Below the pieces are notes generated by a model, which was not told where the DNA came from, did not search any database, and saw only the letters and a list, made by a program, of their open reading frames with translations. 64,000 nucleotides of DNA from positions 2,604,001 through 2,668,000 of the forward strand of contig CM039007.1 in assembly GCA_017499595.2 (NCBI GenBank), in the 5' to 3' direction. Position numbers and translations under genes: made by a program. Positions 13,719 to 27,281 of this stretch are shown here, piece after piece; position 1 is the first letter of the stretch, and every line of letters begins with the position of its first letter. This DNA comes from Psilocybe cubensis (lineage: Eukaryota).

Positions 13719-14886
13719 TCAACTGAGCCAAGTGGTCCATTTGTTCTTCTTTCCCTCAATAACTTGTGCAATTTCCCTGGCCACAATCCGATCTGCTTGC
13801 TCACTTGGATGGAGCTCATCAAACCTTGTTTTTCTTGATCAACAACCACGCTCTGTCAGGGATAAAGGTTTAGAGTGGACTTACCACAAGAAGCTATCCC
13901 TATCTGTTCCTTTTGCGATGGTGCAGTCCCCCGTGTCGCTCGTAGATTCATTGAGCTCAAAGACACAGGCTTGCACGGCACCAGTCACATTGAGTGGGGC
14001 AGTACCGTTCAAATACAAAGCAGGGTGCGCGAACATGTCGGCAAAGAGGCTATGGGAGTCGAATATACCTACAAAGAGTTATCCACATAGTTAGGATTTC
14101 CGCACTACTGTGAAAGCTGTGATTTACGATACCTATGTGAGCACCAGGGAGTGTGGGCGCCAAAGCTTGTAGCATAAGCTTTGTCAAAGCGTTTCCTGAC
14201 AAGACAAGTTCCTTCATGAACACGCTCCATTCGGTTGTGTTTCGTTGTGCAGTCCAGTATCGAGCAGGATACGAATTTGGTGAGTAGAGCGGGACTGTCT
14301 CCAGGGGGATCATCTGTATCAAGAATCATGGTTTGAGAAATTGTACTATTCAGTCCTGCAGTCGAAATCTACGAACGTTTTGGAAGAGGAAGTTACGGGC
14401 GCCACTGGAGAACAGTACTTTGACCCAGTTTATCATGCACTCCGTGACATCCACTAAGCTAGCTTGGTCACTTCCTGTAAGGAGTGCATTAGATCCAACG
14501 TCGTTGGTACCAAGCCACAATGTATAAAGTGTCTGGTCGGGATTGACAATTCCTTTCTTTGGCGGTTTGGTATTTGGGGCGGTGCCCGTAGCGTTAAAGT
14601 ATGTAGGCAGTTGGCTTTCGAAGAGGGAAGGGAAAGGTCTGAAGGTGAGGTTGTTTGAGCAGGTCGCGCCTGATCTGGCAAATGGGAAGAGGTCCACATG
14701 TGCGAAGCCCGCTGCGTAGACTGGCCATTGCGTCCCCCCGTTAGATACAATCACTGTGTCGGTGTAGCTGTCCCCGAAAGTGACGAGATTTTTAATTTGT
14801 CCTGCACGAAGTCCAACAGCGAGAGCTGACCCTGCGGCAGCTACACAAGCAAGATAAAGCCTGACAACACTACTAGCCCGTACCAT
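13719..14886 (-). CDS. Secreted SGNH/GDSL hydrolase, carbohydrate esterase family 16-like
   Basis: Signal peptide, VTFGDSYTD, FARSGATCSN, LWLGTND, GARNFLFQN, and C-terminal FDELHPSEQADRIVA. Confidence 0.9.
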
Positions 14887-17208
14887 CGTAAAGCTGCGGT
14901 TGAGGATTGGGAACGGCTGGGGTGATCTACGTGGGCACAATGGCCCAGGAGCACCCGTATTTATGTTGTCCTCGAGGGAGTTCCAAGTCCTTGCGCGTAT
15001 AGATAACCGATGCTAGCAAAGAATTCTATTCCTTACTCTCACCGGCCCCTAGCAGAGTTATTCCGGGACAATACTTAGTTTAATTTGCGTTTATGTGTTG
15101 ATGAAAACCTGCGCAACCATCGTTGTCAGAGGTCACAAGGTATCTAGAAGTACCGTGGTCCAAGCTGGCGAAGGTATGACAAGCGGTAAAGACTCTCCAG
15201 AGCGTGCTGTCATGCAGAGGATAAAAATTTTCGTGGAATAGATCGGACATATCAAGTTAAAGATGCGCTTCTTGAGTGGGGAGAAGTCACAGGGTTTCTT
15301 GCAATTCGTTATTATTATCTTCCAAGCGGGACGGAAATACCGACAAACTCCCGTTTGCAGTCCAAACGAAGTGGTTAATGTCTTCACATCAGAGGTAGAG
15401 GTTACAGGTCTCGCTGAGTGTATAGCCAAGTACCACTATGCGATCAAATCCCGGGTTTAGTTATGGAATTGGCCAATGATGAATGGACTAAAATTGTATT
15501 CGACGACAGAATTTAGACCTGGCAAATTCGTTCGATCTCATCAATCAAGACTCTCGACTTATAATAATAATATGTCGACCAAAGGAGCAAAGGCAACTAA
15601 AGGTCACGGACCGCTTGAACATCCGAAAGATTCAATGGAAAATAAAGCATGTTCTTCTGTGCCTTACGCGCTACAATGCATATCAATTGACAAGCGCTTG
15701 CTAGTCTGGTGTGGTTGAAAGTTCATTCAATACTTTTGTTGAGTTGAACTTCATGAGGTTCTTATATTGTATGTATGTATGTATCCTGTCGATAAATAAC
15801 TGTCGCTTGTCAATGTTATGGATCCAACTAACTACGTCACAATCCGGAAACAAAGCCTCTGCACGGAGTACATCCACCAAAAATTACCATTCTGCATCGA
15901 TCCAAAACAGCGATACCATCCGACAAGAAGCATATAAGAGAGGAAGAAGAAATAGAAACAGAAAGAAAAGACTAGTGTCTAAACGGAAGGGGTTGAGAGA
16001 AAATTCTGCCATTTTTTGAGGGAAAGGTCGGAGAAACAGGGAAAGAGAAAGAGATGTCATGAAGATGATGATATGAGGACAAAAACAACAAAAAATGTAT
16101 TAAAATACTAGAATATTAGGGTATTCATTCCTACTAAAAGCTAATAGCACACGAGTCAGAAAAAGAAAAAAAAAGATCTGAAAAACCGATGGCAGAAAAG
16201 AAAAAACAAGAGTAAGGGAAATTGGATGTTGAAAGCTAGAGTGCCGACAAATCACGAAAGTGTTGTACGGTTCTACCTGCGTACAAACAGATATAAAAGG
16301 TAACGATCAGTGATCGTGTGTTAGAGGAGGAAGTGGGGATGAGTGATGACGACGGAAGTACGAGAACAGAGAAAAAAAATCCAGGTGGATATCAAGTTAA
16401 AGGAAGATAAGAAGATGCAGACAGGAACGCTGAGATAGATGGATATCGATGAACAGAAAGAAAAAAGAAAAGAAACAGCGAAAAAGTACGAGAACTCAAC
16501 TCAAAAAGAAGAAGAAAAGAAGTTGAACGAAATGAAAACAATTGGAACAGACAGGTGGACGGATGATGGATCGAGCAACGGCTTCTAAGTGTTGAAAGTA
16601 TTGCGTTTTGAGGTGGGTGATTCCAGGACCAAATAGGAGTCGGAAAGACGAGATACGGTCGGCGGGGATGCTTGTGGACATATCCGAGAAAAATTCCATG
16701 CGCGGTGCACATATAATTGTAAAGGTGCGATGCGCGACGCGCAAAGCGTGTATACGCCCGAGGGCAGCCAAAATCGAGTCTGTTCTGCCCAATTGATGAT
16801 AGATAGATAGAGAACATTCATGTGTTTTTGGGGAGAAACGGTGACGATGAAGGAGGTTAGAAAGTCGGGAAGGCAGCGGGAAAGGATGTTGGCAAATAGG
16901 GATAGGATGATACAGTGCGGATCACTTGAGAGCCGACAATAGTGATAAAATAGGGGTTTCCCTCTGTGTCTTGGGTAGGGAGACTTGGAATACAATGGGA
17001 TCGAGACATTGAAAGTGGAAGAGGACCGGAAGACGAAGGGCGACAAGTAGATACAAATAGATGAGGGGTGATTGAATGGCAAGTTGGGCCGATGAGGAGA
17101 TCGATTCCTATGGCCTAAAGTATATCCACATTCACATCTATATCTATAGGTGTATGAATGGGAAAGGTGAGGACACTTGACAGTGTTTTACAGATAGAAC
17201 CCCCAGGA

Positions 17209-20200
17209 TTAGTGGGCAGCAGACAAGTCCGCGCGTCTAAAGACAAAGAAATAGACATCAGCAAAAAAGGTTGCTTCCAGATAAAGAGGAATAAACTCAC
17301 TCTCTCAAAGTATCATACAAAAACTTATAACTCCTCAAATTGCCCTTCAGCCTTCTAATGTCCAAGCTGTACGTATCGTTCAATCGATCCAGTCGAGTCA
17401 GCTCAACGCTGAACCGCACTTCGTCACCAGCATCTTGGTTAGGGTCTCCATACGCTGGTCCCTTACCCGCTTTGCTGGAACTAGAGGATGCAGCAGGCAC
17501 CGCAGTGAGTGGCGATGGCGATGGCGAAATCGGGCTGCCCAGAGTGTCTTGTCCGTTCATGTTCAAAGGCTCGCCAACGACCACTGAAGTCTCATCGTCG
17601 AACGCCAGAGAGTTGTTGCCTGCTGCTCCTGACACAGATGTAGAGGAAGAGGCGGGTCCATGAGTCGAAACCTGCGAGGATTGTCTGCGCATGAGCAGCC
17701 CGCGGAGCATGCCCCCTGTCCCCGAAAACGCAGAGGGAGAAGGAAGCGGTAAACCACGCTTGTCGACCTACAGGGAGCAAAAGAGACAAATTCAATCAGC
17801 AATCTTCGACATCTCAAAGCCGCCGCCACGTTTCTTCATAAAACATCAAAGCAGCAGCAAAAAAAAACGAACGCACCCCGTTAGACGCAGCGCTGCCCAT
17901 CATGGTCACAACCGCCAACTGGCCCTGTCCCTCCCCTTCTTGACCAGCAACAATAGTATCCTTCTTCTTCTTGACCCTGACACACCTGACCTTGTATTCG
18001 CTCTCCATCTGCGCCTCAACACCCATACCCTCAAGAACCTTCTTCACATGCGCCATCACTTCCGGCGGCGGACGCGTGGTGATCGTCGTCTGGTCCACCG
18101 CGCCGTGATGGATCCGTAGTTGGCTGTACGGATGCGGCGCCTGCTGACCCGCCTGGCCATGTGGGTGCGCGTGCTGGTTTTGATGATGATGATGATGATG
18201 ATGATGCTTTTCGGTCGTCGACGTGTTGCGCTCGCGCCCGACGGCCGTGACGCTGTTCCTGAACCTCGTGACGAAGCTCGACGCGCTGATGCTAGCCGCT
18301 GACGCGCTCGCGTCCGTCGCGGCACTCGCCGTGCGCAGGGGCTGGATGGGCGTCTTGCTTGCATTTCCTTTCGCGTTGGATGTAGCCGTGTGAGCACCAG
18401 AAGGGCGGGGCGTGGAGGGCGTAGTGACCACAACTTGAGGCGCCGCCGTCGCTGGCTGCTGTTGTTGCAACTCCTTTTCCTTTTCCTGCTGATTGACAGT
18501 GCTGCTGGAAGCTGAGTAACCTCTCTTGTACTTGCCCTCCTGCTGTTGCTGCTGCAACTCGTGACCCTGACCAGGATGCGTAGGTGTAGGCGTCGCCTCT
18601 TCGTCGCCTCCTGGTCCACCCATGTTGAGACCGTACCCGACAGACTCCCGGCCCTTCGACTTGGTCCTGAACCACTGCATGACCTTCTTTGCCTTGCTCG
18701 TCGACGCCTGCATCCCGCTTCCAGGTGTTGGCACGCCGCCAAATTCCTGCGACGGCGAGAACGCACCTCCGCCTCCGGGACTTGGCTCAATAGCCGACAC
18801 AGGGCCGGGCACAGGCGCAGTCGTCGGAACAGCCAAGGTCATCGCACCTGCGCCTGCACCCGCACCCGCAACGCCAGGCAGCGCGCTCTTTGAACCAGAC
18901 ACATCGCGATGCGGGTATGCCGCAGCAACCGGCGTACTCGCCATCCTCCTATCCTTGTCCTTCTCCTTGCTCTCCTTGTCCTTCTTCCCTCTGACCGAGC
19001 GGAATGGCTCAACCATGACTGTAAGCGTGTTCCGCCTGCTTGCCTTCTTCGTTGGCTGCCTGCTGCTACTACCGCCAGTGCCATTACTCTCTTTACTCTC
19101 CTTGTCCTCCTCGCTTGCGCTCACACTCGCCGTCGCACTAGGGGTAAGCACAACACTCCCGACGCTGGCGCTGGGCGTCACATCCCCGTCGTCCTTCGCA
19201 GCGGCATTCGGGCCTGCGCCGCTTCCGAGCCCACCAAAGATCTTGCCGAGGCCCATGCGGTCCACACTAGACTTTCCCTTCTTGTGGCCCTGCTGCTGCT
19301 GGCCCGAAACCGACGGCGGCTTGATGGACGACGTTGACCCAGTCGTGCCCGTCGCGACATCCGGCGTCGTTGGCGCGTTCGTGAAGGTCGACTCGGACGC
19401 TTGTGTAGGCGCCGCGGACACAGGAGCAGGCGCTGGTGCGCTGGACACATTGATGCTCAAACCATTCGCATTTGCGGCGGCGGCGGCTTTGGCTGCCGCT
19501 GAAGGCGGAGACGATGCTGTTGCAGGAGGTGGGCGATATGCAGACGGTGCAGTGGCTGTGGTCGTCGACACAGCAGGCGATGACGCGGCTACAGGAGGCG
19601 GCGAGGGCAGAGGCTTGGGCGGAGATCTCTTCTCTGTTTGCTGCTGCTGCTGCTGAGCCTGTTGCTGCCTTTCTCTCTGGCCTTGGCTCTGGCTTCCGCT
19701 TCGTCCTCTGCGTCCTTTAGGCGCATCATACTCAACCTGGATCGTATGTCTGAATTTGTCTCCTCCAGGTGATTTATTAGCGTTGCCATTGGATGCCTGA
19801 GCAGGAGGAATACCTGGCGGCGCAAGCCCTCCGGAGACAGGGGGCAAACCGCCAGAAACTGGAGGCAAACCCGACACGGCACCATTCGAAGGCGGGCCAG
19901 ACGTGAACGCAAACGGATCGTCATCACTGAGACCGGCCGCCGCTGGGCTGCCGTACACCTTTGGAGCCTTGCCTTTAGCATTGCCCGCATTGGCAGTGGG
20001 TGTTGCAGGTTGCTGCAGTGCTGCTGCACTGACAAGCGGCATCGACGCCGAAGCCTGAGCAGGCCCACCAGGAGACATAGAGAGCGACTGGTCGACGGAC
20101 GAGTCGTATAGGTATTCAGGCTGCACGGAGCGGCTGCGCGGCGTAGCGCCCCCTTGTTGCTGTCTGGACGATTGTTGCTGCTGTTGTTGCTGCTGTTGGG

Positions 20201-22172
20201 CATATATCGCCTCTCGCTCCCTCTCCCTGTCTCGTTCACGATCACGGTGTTCCGTCGGCCTATGGCTCTGCGTCCTTCCAGGGGTAGGCGCAACAGCTGT
20301 GCCGCTCCCGCCTGCCGCCATCGCATTGGAACCCGATGACCCTCCGGCTCCAGAGTTTGCGGCAGCGGCAGCGGCAGCCGCCTGGCGCATCTGTTTCTGA
20401 TACTGGATGCGCTTCTGCTGGTGGCCGTCCATGGCGAGTTTCTCGAGCTCTTCGACCGTCCTGCCAAATGCAACAGGAGGACCCCCGTCTGTGTTGTTTT
20501 TGCGTCCTCCAGAGCTATCAACCCAATACGCACTCAACCACGGGTGGCGCATGACGCCCTCCAGAGACGTCCTGCGGGTCGGGTCCGGAACGAGCATGAG
20601 ACTCAAGAGGTCTCGCGCTTCAGCTGAAATGTAGTCTGGGAAGCTTAGAGGGGTCGAAACGATGTATTTGTACAACAGATTGATATTGTCGCCATCCGGA
20701 TTGGCCGGGTCGTCGTCGAAGGGCAGATATCCAGCGAGCATGGCATACAGAATAACACCACAACTCCAAATATCGACCGCGCTGCCGACATACAGTCCCT
20801 CGCTGATAACGAGCTCAGGGGCGGCATAGCACGGACTACCGCAGCTCGTCTGCATGAGGTCGTCGCTCTTGTGCTCGAACCTGTTCGCAAAGCCGAAGTC
20901 GGTGATGATCACATTCCTGTTGCGGTCCAACAGCAGGTTCTCCAGCTTTAGGTCTCGATGCACAATCTTCTTTTGGTGGATGTACCACACCCCTGAGATG
21001 AGCTGCGAAAAAAGTCGGGCTGCGTCCTTCTCCCGTAGGTATCTGTGTGCCAAAATGTGGTCGAACAATTCTCCGCCCGAGGCATACTCAAGAATGATTC
21101 CGATGTACTTGTCGGTCTCGATGACATCGTACAAACGTACGATGTTTGGGTGCTTGAGGGTCTGAAATGTACGTTAGCTTCTGTAATACTGTGTATGACA
21201 GGGAACAGATAAAAAGAGTAATGTGTTGAAAAGGAAATAAATCCGGAGTCGAAGTGCACGTCTCCGCGGACTGGCGGGCTAGCCGTTTATGGACAGCCGA
21301 CTTAAGAAGGGAAAAACGTCAGGATTGAAGCAAAGCAGTCCGCGGACTGGCGGGCTTGCCAAATTAGGGATGCGAACACGGATTGTTCAAGGAAAACATT
21401 CTCCAAAAACAGGGGTCGCCAGCAAAGAAAACGAATAGAACAGACAAGAAAATAGACATCAACCCAACAAATTAGAGGTCAAAAGGCTGGCTGTTTTCCT
21501 GTGGAATTTTATAGCAACTAGCCTGGTTAAGCCGCATGAATTCCGAGGAAGGCTCCTTGACATCGTCCAAGGGTCACAGAAATCCAATTTTCCGGACAAG
21601 AAGTTATGGGCATGGAGGCAAAATAGATACAGCCGGTAGAACACTGCATCAAATTCTACTACCCAGCCGCGAGAACGCCGATAGAAATAGAAAATACAGA
21701 AAATAAAACACACCTTCAAGACTTCAATTTCCCGTTCGACCTTGCTCATCCTCACAGTGCTGTCCACATTCCCTCTGCGAATCAACTTTACAGCAACCTC
21801 TTCTCCCCACTGGCTGTGCAACCCGAGTTTAACCTTTCCGAATTCACCCTCGCCGAGCGTCTGCAAAAGCAGATACGGCCCAAACTTGGGGATGGTTCGT
21901 CTCGGATGGGCGGCGCTGTACGCTACCGCCGCCGGGTGCGCGTACACGTCGGGGTATTGCGGATTTTGGGTGAGCGCAGCGCTCGGCTGGCTGTTAGTGT
22001 GAGAATCGGCGTTGTTGCTGTGATGGGGCACCGGGAGCAACGACGTGTGCCCCTGGTTCGAATATGGCTGTTGATGGTGGTGATGGCTGTTGTGGTGGGC
22101 CGTTGGGGACACGACGGTGTGCGAGGCGCGTTGCCTGCGAGATGCAGATGATGGGGGTGCTGGGCTCGCCAT
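17209..22172 (-). CDS. KIN4: Kin4-like CAMKL Ser/Thr protein kinase with C-terminal KA1 domain, 4 exons
   Basis: Kinase motifs LGEGEFGKVKLG, VAVKLIRR, HRDLKLENLL, DFGFA and TSCGSPCYAAPE. Long low-complexity linker. KA1-type C-terminus LRIHHGAVD...EVRFSVELTRL...LDIRRLKGNLRSYKFLYDTLRE|RADLSAAH*. Confidence 0.9.
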
Positions 22173-23733
22173 CGAGCTCGCTGTTGCTTCCTGTGACTGG
22201 ACGCGTGTCCTGGTTCAAGTTGTTGGTGTTCGTAGTGGATGTGCTGATGCTGATGATGATATTGAACTCTTCTACTGAATGGTAGTCAAGATGGACGGTG
22301 TAGGGATAGAGGCGATGTGATTCTGATAATAGTGGTTAATGTTGAGTAGTCCTTGGGTCGCAGCTCGTCATCACCCAACTAGAGATCTGTGAATAAGCAA
22401 ACAATCAGCTCGTTCCACGTTCCCAGGTTAACGGCTCCTCGGGCAGTAGAGAAGAAGGAAAAGAACAAAAAACCGGATGCGAAGGTGTAGAAAAAGAGAA
22501 AATACAGACGTCTGTTTTGTGATCGTTGATGGTGGTTGGTAGTCAATGTACTGACCGTGACCGGACTCTAGCCCCTGGAAACCGTGGGAATTTTCAATCC
22601 ATGACAAAAAACTTTGCTTCCGCCGTTCTCGACTCCGTCCGAGTCCCTCCCAAGTCATCCCAAGTCCCTCTTTCTGCTCAAATTCATGAGATTCATGCTC
22701 TTTCTCGTCCTCAGTATCATTCTGTCTCTGAATTGGAGAATACTTGTTTTTGAGAATATCTAGGTGACATATCATTTGTGGCAGTTTTCTTCAAATGTCC
22801 AACTCTCAACTCCCGAATCCCGAGAATCGATATTTTACCCCTGTCTCTACCCCTGTTCTCTGCTCCCACTGTTTCGAATACATGCAGGCGATCGCAGCCT
22901 CGAGGTTTCGTGTAGGCCACAACTGAATAACCTACACGCAGTGATCTCCGTATCAATGTGCATCAATCATGTCTGACGAACATTAGACACGACAGATATG
23001 TTATATTCAGGGTTCTTCCTCTCTGTTGCTCCACCACTATCAACCGAGTCCAGTGTCCTTTCCCGTCGCACTCACAGTCGCCGATCACAACTTTTTGACC
23101 TACGAAACACCAGCAACGGATCATCTCTTCATTAACGCTAACAAAAATATCCCATAGCACTCTAATTCATGTGCAAGTACACTGCTGCTGCGACCAAGGC
23201 TAAGCAGGTTCTCTCCATTTCAATGCATACATAATAACTCATAATGACTAGTAAAGATCCCACCGTGCATCAGGCTGCTGCGACGCAGGCAGTGTCCCCT
23301 GCAGTAAATCTCCGCCTGTGATAAATATAACGAGCAGAGCAAACAAAGTTACACATACATGTCGTTGGCGACCCGGGTGGTGTAAATTTCAATGCGCCTT
23401 CGGCCGCATGACACCGGCTTGGCCCAATTCTTTCTGGGTCAAGGCTGTTAAATACTTATGGCTAGAAGATTTAACATTTAAGTAGAATGGAAAGCCTCGT
23501 TCAACTTACTTATCTTCTTCTTGATATTCAGTTATGTATACTGCCATTCCCACAACTTCAACACTACACCACAATGACCTTCATAGAACAAGTACAAACA
23601 TGCTAAGTACGACTACATCGGGGTCCGGGGCAAAGGTAACACAGCAATGAGCTTTCTCCATTATAAAACCGCCTTACAGAAAATCAGTCCGAACGACACT
23701 CATGTTTATCAGGTCCACATCCTGGTTTGATTA

Positions 23734-25955
23734 TCACATTGATATCCTCGCTAGTTCAAGAGGCGGTGGTTGCTCCAGTTTTATAAAAGGGAACATTGTG
23801 CCTTTGTATTCGACCGTTTTTCTGCGCCCTTTCTTGTCGCCGACTCCGCCCATCGTAGGATCCCACGTGTCAGGATCTTCGTAGTATTGAAAAATCAAGT
23901 CAGAATCGAGCCCCCCATCTGTTGGGCCGGAATTTAGAAGGACGGACAACATTCTGAGACAGTTTGTCCGGAAATTAATGAAGTCTGGTTCGCAGGTTTG
24001 AAGTATCATTGAAAAGTCAAGGAGAACGACACATTCCACTTGGGCAGTGGGATGTGTGTACAGTACAAATTGGCGATCATGCCAATCCATCTGTGTTATG
24101 TCTCCAGCATCCAGAACACGGACAGCATGGCGACAACTTTGAATCTGGTACAGCTATATTAGCCTCTCCGAAGGACCAACGATATAAATACGTACAACTT
24201 GGATCTGCTGAGCAGAACTCAATTTATTTGCGCGTTCGGAGTCCAGATGGTATCCGTCGATATATTCCATGAGTAGCCCTTGAATGGCCACTCCGTTAGG
24301 TAGAATAAACTATTAGAATTATTAATCAGAGAAAATGCCCATACTATAACGATAAATGCTACCTGATGTTGCCCATAAAACCAAGGAATAACCGTTCCTT
24401 GTACAGGACGAAGTTTATTATAAACGATCGTCTCGATATCAGCACAGTCTTCGGCGATGGATACTGACCCAAACCAAAGGGGAAAGGGATCTTCGTAGTC
24501 AATCAAGTCATGTAAATCTTGGAATCGGTCGTCAAAAAGTTTTAAACAAAGCAAAGGTGAGGAGGATACAGGGTGCCCATCGATTGATGTCAGCCTGCAG
24601 CGGTAGACAGAGCAGAATCCATTTCTCGCCCCTTCCGCTAGCACGTCGTCAATCTGAAGTGCGAACGATTTGCTTTGTGCCAATGCCTTGTCAAGACCGC
24701 CTTGAGACAACGATGACACACGGTAAATTATTTGGAGATGATTCTTAGTGTCCGAAGGCATCTCGGATGGATCGAACGGATACAAGGGGGACGGAACCTG
24801 TATAGCTGGATTGAAGCGTTGATTTGTGGTCCCGTGAAGAATATCTTTAGCATGTGTGACAAGTTTGGATTTACGTTGCAGCACATGCTTATTCCATCGA
24901 AAAAATTGCAGAGCTCTGTTACGGTCCCGTAACAAAGTAGCGAGGTCAAAGTCAGAATTGCGATTACACGTAGCAATCAAGTGCTCATCGGAATGCAGAG
25001 GTTGGTCGGGGTTTTGAGGCGGACCCATCGGAAGAATGAAATTCTCATCCCATACGCCAGCGTACACATCAGGGCCATTCATAAAGCCAATCGGCGGCAA
25101 TGCATCGAGCAAGCAAGCAGCTGCTAAAGTTCTCAATGCCGCCGGAATATGGGATGTTTCTACCTTGATAAAAATGTCTTTTCCTACAGTGATGTACCCA
25201 CCTTTTCTCATAAAGAAAACTGCGATATCTTTGAAATTTGTCACGATGACTGATGATGCAGAATCCGAGATCTTTGAAAACGCGAATTTGAGGCCGGCGG
25301 AGCACGTTTGTCCATCAGGTTCAAACAGTTCGTCTGGCTGTAACATGCATAATTATTCGGTCTAAGGCATGTTGAAAAACTATACCTGACTTACGACAAA
25401 CAGAATATATGGAGGATAAATAGAGTACAACTTGAACTCGTCGGTTGTAAAGGTAGCTCCAACAATGACTGCGAGAAAAAATTCAAATATGAGAAATGAT
25501 TATTAAATCACTCAAGGACAGCGGCTAACAATTTCCGAGTTCAACTTTGACACATCCCATTGGATTACCTTGTAGCAATTCAGGGCTGTGAAGCGTATTT
25601 AATAACTTTGCAATTGGGCTTATGAGTGACTGCATATAGTCTCCTAGTGGGAGTCTGCGCGGCAATGAGCGTTTCCAATGCGCACAATTCAATATTGTGC
25701 ATACCTAGATGTGTCCGAGGATTCCACTGGCCATTCAACAATTCGATGGCGATTGTATCCCACAGACTGATGAAGTTTTCGAAGGCAATGGTAAAGCTTG
25801 CGATGAGCTGAAACATCCGCCTTCCAATGTTTGTCGGAATGCGGCGGAGTGGACGGAAACGTAGTAAAAGGCGGTAACGAGTGTGGTGGCGCAGGAGGAA
25901 GTTGAGAAAAAACACAATCGACACGTTTAGCTTCGGTCGTGAACATGACCATCCT
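23734..25955 (-). CDS. Atypical protein-kinase-like protein (agaricomycete-expanded family), multi-exon; 5' end uncertain
   Basis: Spliced motifs CSVYRCRL, LCLKLFDDRF, ETIVYNKLRPVQGTVIPWFYG, GLLMEYIDG, ITQMDWHDRQ (catalytic-loop equivalent) and VLLDFS (DFG equivalent). Confidence 0.7.
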
Positions 25956-26469
25956 ACACGTTTGCGGTCGGAACAAAGTTGAACGCCACATTAAGAGTGG
26001 AAATACTGAGGTGGCAAGCCTGTGTGATCACTTGAAAGTTATACGAGTCGTGGACATCGTGTGAAATATCCGCTATAACGGGAGATGAAAATTTTTCGAA
26101 TGCCGGTGTTTCTGTGGGAAAGCATAAAATACCTTTGAACTCAGGCTCCTAAAACCTGACCCTCGTATCGAGAGGAGGCCTAATTACGTATACGGGACGG
26201 TAAGATATGCAGCCCTAAATAGTAAATACAGAAATACAGATGCAGATTGAAAAGATACAGGACGCTTCACAATTTCGGTACAGCATGTGCAAAGTAAAAT
26301 AACGATGATACGAGAGGCACACAGCCAGGAGGATCGTAACACTTAATAATATAAGTGGTGTCAAATTCTATGTGGGTTGATGGGGTATTTTGTGTGATTG
26401 TCGAACCTTGCAAGATAGCCTAAAGAGAGCCTCGCAGCAAAAATAAGAACAACTTGTTGTCCATGGTAT

Positions 26470-27281
26470 TCACGGTGCGGTTGTGGCGGATGAGGATGAG
26501 ATATTCAACTGCGCCGCATGGCTATTTTAATGCACAAAATCATAACAGTCAGCTACATTTAAGAATTAAAAATGAATGAAAGACTCAACTCGCGTAGTGT
26601 GTCATAAATATACTTGTAGCTCCTGAGATGGCCCTTCAGGCGCCGTATATCGAGACTGTATGTCCCAGGCAGTCCAGAAAGTTGTGTGAGCTCCACAGAA
26701 AACCGGACTTCGTGCGACGGGTCGGACGCAGGCGATGGGCCATACAGCGTGCACTTTTGCAGCGACATCGATTGCTTGGACTTGAGGCGCCTCAAATTGC
26801 TCCTCGAGGAGCTGACACGAAGCGGCTGCAGAGCACACTCCGGCTCTTGAATCTGCGTCTGCGATATCCGATGGACCTGGACGTTACGCTTGGGTGCGCG
26901 TTTAGGGGCGCGCGCCGCGTGTGCTTCGGTCTCGGTATCTGAGCCAGACCCGGACGATTCGGATTCGGATCCACTGCTGCTGCTACTGAACTCGTCCTTT
27001 TCCTCCTCATCAACTTCGTCCCAGGCCTCGTCCCACTTTGCATCGCTGTTGGGGGCACCGGCTCCCGGACGCACGCAGCGCAGGCGGAAGGCGCTCTCGT
27101 CACGCACACGCACGCCCATGCGGAGGAGCAGGGCACGCATATTGTCCATTGCCTGCGAGGGTGGAACTGTGGTGATGGTCCTGCGGTCAATGGCGCCTTG
27201 GTGGACTCGGATTTGAGAGACAAGGGTATTCGAGAGGCTCTGAGAAGAAGCTTGGTGCTTGAGGGCTGTGGTGGTCGACAT
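26470..27281 (-). CDS. Stand-alone KA1-domain protein, kinase-less paralog of the Kin4 C-terminus
   Basis: IRVHQGAIDRRTITTVPP...MGV...ES...RCVR and EVRFSVELTQL...TYSLDIRRLKGHLRSYKYIYDTLR match the neighbouring kinase C-terminus. Predicted terminal intron ~26590-26522 has a GCTGAC branch site. Confidence 0.8.

Noticed and set aside
15900-17200. A-rich tract with Phe/Leu/Ser-rich ORFs
   Set aside because: Best explained as the pyrimidine-rich 3' UTR or downstream region of the Kin4 gene. No protein motif.
17900-20640. Many long antisense or alternative-frame ORFs and CAG/GAT triplet runs within the Kin4 gene
   Set aside because: Shadows of a GC-rich, low-complexity coding sequence. The poly-Gln and poly-His runs are ordinary.
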